From Octopus bimaculoides (lineage: Eukaryota): a DNA stretch of 64,000 bases. Shown piece by piece: positions 52,801 to 61,900 of this stretch; positions within the stretch are counted from its first letter, which is position 1, and each line of letters begins with the position of its first letter. The stretch is taken from positions 123,854,297-123,918,296 of the forward strand of contig NC_068982.1 in the NCBI RefSeq assembly GCF_001194135.2, written 5' to 3'. A model generated the notes under the pieces. The model saw nothing but the letters and a program-made list of their open reading frames with translations. It was not told where the DNA came from and ran no database searches. The position numbers and the translations under genes are program-made.

Positions 52801-55068
52801 ATTTCCTTTGTAGTTCCTGCATACATAGAAACAGAATCAAAGATTATTGACACAAAAATTCTCATCAATGAAACAGCCCAGCTTAATTGTGTTGCAAGAG
52901 GTGTTCCAAAGGTGAAATTACGTTGGTTTAAAGATGGAAAACCTCTCAACTCTGCAAATAGTCGAATTGAATTTATAACACATGGACGCCAGCTTCGTGT
53001 CAGAGGGGAAGATTTATCAGATAGTGGTATTTACACCTGTACTGCAACAAATAAAGTTGGTTCTGATAAAGTCGAGTATCGGTTAAGTGTCTATGGTATG
53101 TTTATCTTTCCTTTTTTATTATACTTCACCCCAATGAACTGCATAAATACAGGAGAGTATTGTAGTTCGCTTGAAGCATTGTGTATTGTTTGTAAAGAAT
53201 AAAAAGTTTTGAATGGTACAACAATGCACTATAATNNNNNNNNNNATAAAAAGTTTTGAATGGTACAACAATGCACTATAATACAAACAATGGACTATAT
53301 ACCTGTTGTAATTTAGTCATCCATAGTCTGATATGATATTTTAGAATAAAATTCCTTCTTCAGATATTCTTAAATGGAGTCGCTGCTATGATCGGTTTTC
53401 CAACTGAAAACCGATTATGGTAGCAACTCCATCTATACTGGTGGTACGTAAAAGCACCCTGGTGTCACACATATGACACCCATGTCGGTGGCACGTAAAA
53501 GCACCCATTACACTCTTGAAGTGGTTGGCATTAGGAAGGGCATCCAGCCCTAGAAAATCATCCCAAATCAAACTGGAGTCTGGTGCAGTCTTCCAGCATG
53601 CCAGCCCAGTCGAATGATCCAACCTATGCCAACTTGGACAAGAGATGCTAAATGATGAGGATGATGACGATATATATATATATATTGATTCAGTAAAGGT
53701 GGTGAGCTGATTGAATCCTTAGTATGCTGGACAAAATGCTTTGCAGCATTTCTTCCAGTCAACATTTGCCAAGGTTGACTTTGCCTTTCATCCTTTCAGG
53801 GTTGATAAAATAAGTACCAGTTGGGCACTGGGGTCACTATAATCAACTTACCCCTGCTTCCAAAATTTCAGGCCTTGTGCTTATTGTAGAAAGACTATAT
53901 ATATAATTAGATATATGAAAGCAAGAGTTCATTGTATTTCTTCATAGATAGGTGTATATCCTAAAAGTTCGTACTCTGATATTACAAATACTGGACTTTA
54001 AGCATCTGGTCTGGTTTGAGCACTAACTGTCTATATTCATTATATGCCCTTTTTTTTTTGTATCTATTCTGACCCATTATAGCACTCAGTTATGACAAGT
54101 GTTCCAGTCAATCCGATCAGCAGAACAGCCTGCTCATTAAATTAACACACAAGTGGCTGAGTGTTCCACAGGCATGCATACCCTTAATGTAGTTGTAAGG
54201 GAGATTCAGTATGACACAAAATGTGACAAGACTGGCCCTTTGAAATACAGGTACTACTCATTTTTGCCAGCTGAGTGTACTGGAAAAATGTGAAATGAAG
54301 TATCTTGCTGAAGGACACAACACACCACTGGGTATTGAATTCATGGCCTTACAAACATGAGCCAAATTCCCTGACTAAATTCCATAACACACCTTCACTC
54401 TTACCCATTATAAGATTACATGATATCAATCGGATCAAATTTCAAAGCATCATTTAATTAAATTTTATTTGAATTAATACTAAAACAAGTGAAAATTTAA
54501 TTTACAATTTTTATCTCTTTTATTTCAATAGCTCCTGCATCAATTAATGCTCTGAATACTAATACATTGCCAAATGTTTTACAAAATGGAACAATAAAAC
54601 TACACTGTCCAGCTTTTGGTGTCCCATTCCCAAGGATTGTATGGCTAAAAGGAAACAAGTTGGTTAATGAAGAAAAAGGACACATTACATATTTGGAAAA
54701 CGGAATTTACTTAGAGTTAAGAGATGTAGATATCTCGGATGCTGGATTTTACACTTGCACTGCAATAAATGAAGCTGGGAAAGAAGATTTACATTTTAAC
54801 TTACAGGTTTCAAGTAAGTATGCCAATAAAATCTTCAAGGACATTTTCATATGTGAAGTTTCATGAAACATGTTATAAAGATTTTAATTTTCTCCTAGAA
54901 AAATATCAATAGTTACAAACAAGAGTGACACACTTTCTGTCATGGAATTAACAGAGGAAATATATTATGATGGTGATAATTATAATTGTTTTACAGGCAA
55001 CAACTACTGTGGTAGTTGAAGCTAAACAATATTAAAAATTATATACTATATATGTGTGTGTGTGTGTG

Positions 55069-55113
<45 letters not shown>

Positions 55114-58100
55114 NNNNNNNNNNNNNNNNNNNNNNNNNNNNNNNNNNNNNNNNNNNNNNNNNNNNNNNNNNNNNNNNNNNNNNNNNNNNNNNNNNNNNNN
55201 NNNNNNNNNNNNNNNNNNNNNNNNNNNNNNNNNNNNNNNNNNNNNNNNNNNNNNNNNNNNNNNNNNNNNNNNNNNNNNNNNNNNNNNNNNNNNNNNNNNN
55301 NNNNNNNNNNNNNNNNNNNNNNNNNNNNNNNNNNNNNNNNNNNNNNNNNNNNNNNNNNNNNNNNNNNNNNNNNNNNNNNNNNNNNNNNNNNNNNNNNNNN
55401 NNNNNNNNNNNNNNNNNNNNNNNNNNNNNNNNNNNNNNNNNNNNNNNNNNNNNNNNNNNNNNNNNNNNNNNNNNNNNNNNNNNNNNNNNNNNNNNNNNNN
55501 NNNNNNNNNNNNNNNNNNNNNNNNNNNNNNNNNNNNNNNNNNNNNNNNNNNNNNNNNNNNNNNNNNNNNNNNNNNNNNNNNNNNNNNNNNNNNNNNNNNN
55601 NNNNNNNNNNNNNNNNNNNNNNNNNNNNNNNNNNNNNNNNNNNNNNNNNNNNNTATATATATATATATATATACACATACATACACACACAGAGTAATAC
55701 CTCACTTTATGAGGACCCACTTTACGAGACTCCAGGTTTATGGGTTTTACTTTTCAAGCACAAGATCCAAATTTTGAATGAAGTGCAGAAATTTCTACTA
55801 CCATAACAAATGCTTCTGCATGTTACTGAGAAATTTATAGAGAGCAAAAAAAAGCTTCTTCTAAGCAAACAACTCTGGACTTGTTTTTTAAAAAGAAATC
55901 TACATGTCTATGAGTGCTTGTGAATCAGTAATCACATCTACAAGTGATGACATGTGTGAGTCTAGTGCAAGTGTATGNNNNNNNNNNNNNNNNNNNNNNN
56001 NNNNNNNNNNNNNNNNNNNNNNNNNNNNNNNNNNNNNNNNNNNNNNNNNNNNNNNNNNNNNNNNNNNNNNNNNNNNNNNNNNNNNNNNNNNNNNNNNNNN
56101 NNNNNNNNNNNNNNNNNNNNNNNNNNNNNNNNNNNNNNNNNNNNNNNNNNNNNNNNNNNNNNNNNNNNNNNNNNNNNNNNNNNNNNNNNNNNNNNNNNNN
56201 NNNNNNNNNNNNNNNNNNNNNNNNNNNNNNNNNNNNNNNNNNNNNNNNNNNNNNNNNNNNNNNNNNNNNNNNNNNNNNNNNNNNNNNNNNNNNNNNNNNN
56301 NNNNNNNNNNNNNNNNNNNNNNNNNNNNNNNNNNNNNNNNNNNNNNNNNNNNNNNNNNNNNNNNNNNNNNNNNNNNNNNNNNNNNNNNNNNNNNNNNNNN
56401 NNNNNNNNNNNNNNNNNNNNNNNNNNNNNNNNNNNNNNNNNNNNNNNNNNNNNNNNNNNNNNNNNNNNNNNNNNNNNNNNNNNNNNNNNNNNNNNNNNNN
56501 NNNNNNNNNNNNNNNNNNNNNNNNNNNNNNNNNNNNNNNNNNNNNNNNNNNNNNNNNNNNNNNNNNNNNNNNNNNNNNNNNNNNNNNNNNNNNNNNNNNN
56601 NNNNNNNNNNNNNNNNNNNNNNNNNNNNNNNNNNNNNNNNNNNNNNNNNNNNNNNNNNNNNNNNNNNNNNNNNNNNNNNNNNNNNNNNNNNNNNNNNNNN
56701 NNNNNNNNATATATATATATATATATATATATAGGTGCAGGCATGACTGTGTGGTAAATAGCTTGCTTCCCAGCTGCCCAACCACATGGCTCAGAGTTCA
56801 GTCCCACTGCATGTCACATTGAGCAAGAGTCCTCTACTATAACCTTGTGAGTGGATTTGGTAGACAAACTGAAAGAAGTCTGTTATATATATGTATATAT
56901 ACATCTATGTGTGTGTGTCTTTATGTCTATGTTTGTCCCCACCACTACCACCACCACCACCACAACCACCACTACTTTGATAACCGATGCTGGTGTTTTT
57001 ATGTCCTTGTAACTTAGGGGTTTGGTTAAAGAGACCAATAGAGTAAGTACCAGGCTTTAAAAACATAAATGCTGGGGTTGATACATTTGGCTAAAATTTC
57101 ATGGTTGTGCTCCAGCATGGCTGCAGTCCAATGACTGAAACAAGTAAAAGGTAAGAGAGAGAAAACATCATCATCATCATTATCATCATCGTTTAACGTT
57201 CTCCTTCCAATCTGGCATGAGTTGGACATTTTGACAGGAGCTGACCTGACAGGAGCTGACCTGACAGGAGCTGACCTGACAGGAGCCTGTGCCATGCTTT
57301 GGAGTGTTTTTTGATATGGTTTTTACAACTGGATGTCCTTCCTAACATGAACCACTCTGTAGAGCGGGCTACACACACTCGTATTCGCCATGATAGATCA
57401 CTAGCCACCACACATTCCTTTTTTCTCTCCTTTTTTTTTCTCTCTTTTTTTTCTCTCTTTTTTTTTCACACCTTTTTTCTCTCCTTGTTTCTTTCTGTGT
57501 TCCTTTCTGTGGAAGAGCGTAGGCTCGAAACATTAAAAACTCTTTCACTTCCCGAGCGTTATACTAATACATCTGTTTGTCATTTACACCACCTGTCTTC
57601 GTTTTTCGTTTTTTTTTTGTGAATTCTCCCCCTATGTATGTATATATGTATGTATGATGAAGATGATACATTTAATGCCCACTTTCCATATTGTCCTTGA
57701 CTGGAATGGTGAGCTGCAAGGCTGTGTCAAGTTCCAGTGCCAGCTTTGACATGGTTTCTATGGCTGGATACCCTCAATAATGCCAACCATATTACAGAGT
57801 ATACTGGGAGGTGGGATGCTGGCAATGGTGAGGTTGCCAAGTAACTTGCAAGACACAAAAAGAATAGTGAGAGGAAAATATAAAAATTCCCAATAGTGAG
57901 AAGTATTCGAGAAAGGAAAGTGGTTTTATGCCAGATGTTGCAAAGCTAGGGTAAGATAGATAGACAAGCACAGGTGTCCTGCTGTGGAGAAGACATGTGA
58001 CTACAGGAGTTACAAGTGAATTGAGTGAGTGATGAACAAGGGCAGAGGTGTGATTGGAGGGAAATACCAGTATGAAGAGGAGTAAGATGAGAGATATAGG

Positions 58101-58865
58101 AATAGCTCAGGAAGGAGAATAGATCAGAAAGTAGCAGAATGATGTGTTAGGTAGATCAATAGAGAGGGAGATACAGAGGTACATGAGGGCTATAATGGTG
58201 TGTGCGCACACACGCACGCGCACACACACACACACACATCATGTGATCAACCCAATTATCAGAAGCTGTTATACATAACCAGTCACAATGTGCTTTGCAT
58301 CGTTTTATCTTCTGAATGATGCCACCCTGCTGGCCTGGTGAGCAGGCCAACATTGCCTCTGATCGGAAGCTTAGTCTATTGTATGGTTACTGATTTACAG
58401 ATGAGTAGACTGGAGAAATGTGAAACAAAGTCTTTTGCTCAAAAACACAATGTGCAACCAGTCTGAGAATTAAAACAATAGCTTCATAATCATGTATGCA
58501 ACACCCTTGAGAATTAAGACAATGGCCTCATGCTCATGTGTGCAACACCCCTAACTACTAGGGCAACTATTACTTTCAAATAACCCCTCGAATATGGAAA
58601 ATATTTTGGACCCTCATTGAGTTATAAGACTTGTCCATGTTAAACTAAAATGTTCAAAAACAAATGTTATCACTACCCAGATGTTGTCTCCCACATTGTT
58701 CAGAGCATGCAAGCATGCAGGAGAATTGAAGCCCGAAAAAATATTTAATTTATTATATTACAAAAGGCAATAATATTGTTGGGGCAGCGGGGGAGTTATT
58801 TCCCTTGTCACTTGTTTTTATGAAGCACATTTTACACACATACACATGCACACATGCATGCACAT

Positions 58866-58952
<87 letters not shown>

Positions 58953-61900
58953 CATGCTCTTTCTCTCACACATACATAGCAATGGGGTGATAAGAGACAG
59001 AAAGTGAGAAAGTACAAGAGAGAGAAAGGGAGAAACAGGAGAGATGAGACGGAGAGAGAAAGGAGAGGTGAAAATTTGGAGAGAAATGAATGTATGTAAG
59101 GAATGAACCTAAAAAAATTCTACATTGGATCAAAAGTTATTGCATACAAAATTTACTAGGGAAAACTAAATCCTATTCTGGATGAAAAGGGTTTGTGACA
59201 GGTGTGTCTAGTGTCTAAATATGAATTTTCTCTTGTGTACACATCCAATGATTTATGCTTGCTTCATTTCACTTTAGATTTTGCAGATCATCAATATTCA
59301 AAGCTCATTTCTTGCTACCATACAGCATCACACTTTCTACACAAGCATTAAACAGTTTGTCTGCACACACATATGCAAACTCTCTCTCTCTCACACACAC
59401 ACATATCAGAAACATATACATCATCATCATCATGATCATTATCATCATCATCATTTGATGTCTACTTTCCATCCTATCATGGATTGTATGGGTTGTCATG
59501 CTCCAAGTCAGTTCATATTTGGTGTTTAAACATATTCATGCATATATAAGAATGCAAGTATATATATATGCTCATACACACACATATGCACACTCACACA
59601 CACGTACACACATGTAAACATATATGTATACATGACAGGCTCCTCACAGTTTCTGTCCAACAAATCCATTTCAAAAGTATTGGTCAGCCTGGGACTGTAG
59701 TAAAAGACACTTTCCAAGGTGCCATGCAGAAAGACTGAACAATAACTCACTTATTTCAAAGAAGGTAATATTTTCCCATATCTAGACATGCTTTTCACAG
59801 CAGACGGGAAGCAAACAATCTTGTTTGTATAGAGATGGTGCTCATTTAGAACCATGATATGATGTCAAGTCACAGGTACACACACAAACATATGTGCACA
59901 CATGTGTGTGTGCTTTTTTTCTGTTTCCATCTACCAAATCTACTCTCAAGGTTTTGGACACCCTGGAGTAATAGTACTATATACTTGCCCAGATTGCCAC
60001 ACATTGGGACTGAACCCAAAACAACATGCTTGGGAAGCAGGCTTCATGACCACAAGGCCATGCCTGCACCTATAACATAAACATTTTTCATTTTTATCTT
60101 TTCTTTATTCAACTGCAGCTACATTTTTGCCAATTGCTATAAATATAACTAAATGTTTTCTTACATTTTCATATATATATATATATATCTTAATATTTTT
60201 AAAGAAAATATTATTTTCATTTTCTTTATTTCTCAAACAAAACAAAAAATTCCTAATTATGTAAAAGGTAAATGATAGAAACAAGAAGATCATAGTAATA
60301 TTTTAACATCAGTGGAAAGAATAAAAATATCAAAAAAAATGAGAGGCTTGTTAAAATTTGTGGAGGCACATGGCTTAGTGGTTAGGGTGTTGGACTCATG
60401 ATCATAAGATTGTCGTTTTAATACCTGGACCGGGCGACGCGTTGTGTTCTTGAGCAAAACACTTCATTTCACATTGCTCCAGTCCACTCAGGTGGCAGAA
60501 ATGAATAATCCTGCGATGGATGTGTGTCCCGTCCAGGTGAAGAATTTATATGCCAAGGAAACCTGGCAGGGCTCAAAAAGGAAACATTTCTTTTTTTTCT
60601 TTTTATATTATTAAAATTTACTACTTAATTTGTAACTAATGCAGCTTCCCCTTTTTTCTATTTTATAGTACCACCATATATATCTGAAGGAAGATTAATC
60701 CCGAATCCTACTGCAACAGTAAATACAAGTATAATCATCCATTGTCCAGCTTCTGGTATCCCAGAGCCCACAATAAAATGGCTGCGAAATAATCAGCCCT
60801 TTGTGCCAGATTACTACCCCAACATACTTATTCAGGATAATGGTAAAAACTTCATAATTGAACCAGTAAAACTCACAGATAAAGCCATATATACCTGTAT
60901 AGCAACCAATATAGCTGGCAAAGCAAGAGCAAATTTTGACTTTGCTGTATGGGGTAAGAAATATGTTTTTGTGTCTTTTTTTGTTTTCTTTTTATTAGCT
61001 TATGAAAGTATTTAAAATCTATTCTTAAAAGTCAGGCATTTATGAAATCTTTATAAATTTTGAAATTTTTTTTACTTTAGTTACACTGTAAAATTTTTAA
61101 TTTTCAAATGTAGAACAAAAGCTAATGAAAATTGTTTGGCCTATAGTTATTACTTGCTGAAAACTTGTCTTTATTACATTAAAATAGTATTTGGAAAATG
61201 AGTTGATTCTAGGCATCTATGTATCGTACTTAATGTATGATACATAGATGCCTTGTTGATAGGCTAGTTACTCCAGTATTTGTCCTGAGATAACATCTCT
61301 GATAGACGTGTTGTGTTAATAAACATTATGAATATCAGAGAGAGAGAAAGAGAGAGAAACAAATACAAATGAATTAGAAAATAGCAGTAAATAAAGACCA
61401 GTAAGGAAATAAATGTGAAAAAGACTGAAAAATAAATATTTAATTAGTCAAACCAACAAAATGTTATTTATGAAGACTGTTATTTTAAAAAACAAAAAGA
61501 AACTCCTTCTTCATTGGCTGAATGAGCCATCAAGCAAAGCTCAAAATCTCAGCTAAAACAAATTTAATAATAATTTGACTCTATTTTTGATACTGAGTTT
61601 TTCCATCAGTAATTGTTCTGTTGTAATTCTTAAACTTTAAGATATTAACCTTAAACTAAAATTCAAAACTTCAACAAATATTTTTCAATCTGAATTTATA
61701 TATATTTTAGATAATTAATACGTTTTTGAAGAATATTTATTTTTTCTACAAAATTACAGCCAGTGGTAATTATATAGTTAGATTATTTTTCAGATATTGA
61801 CTTTTAGACAGAACAAGCCAAATTCAAATGAAATCAAATCAAATTTATTGGCAGGAGAAGAGCACAATGTGCTTGAACCATGTAACCCCCACCACCACCA

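Noticed and set aside
53199-53282. Exact duplication of about 37 bp either side of a short N run
   Set aside because: Typical unmerged contig overlap in scaffolding, not biology.
2017-56822. Long ORFs containing X runs, and YIYI, HTHT or CVCV peptides
   Set aside because: They are translations of N gaps and (TA)n, (CA)n or (TG)n microsatellites.
54814-60668. A missing Ig exon in the long intron with two gaps
   Set aside because: Exons S and T join in frame. A phase-1 cassette could hide in the gaps, but nothing visible supports it.
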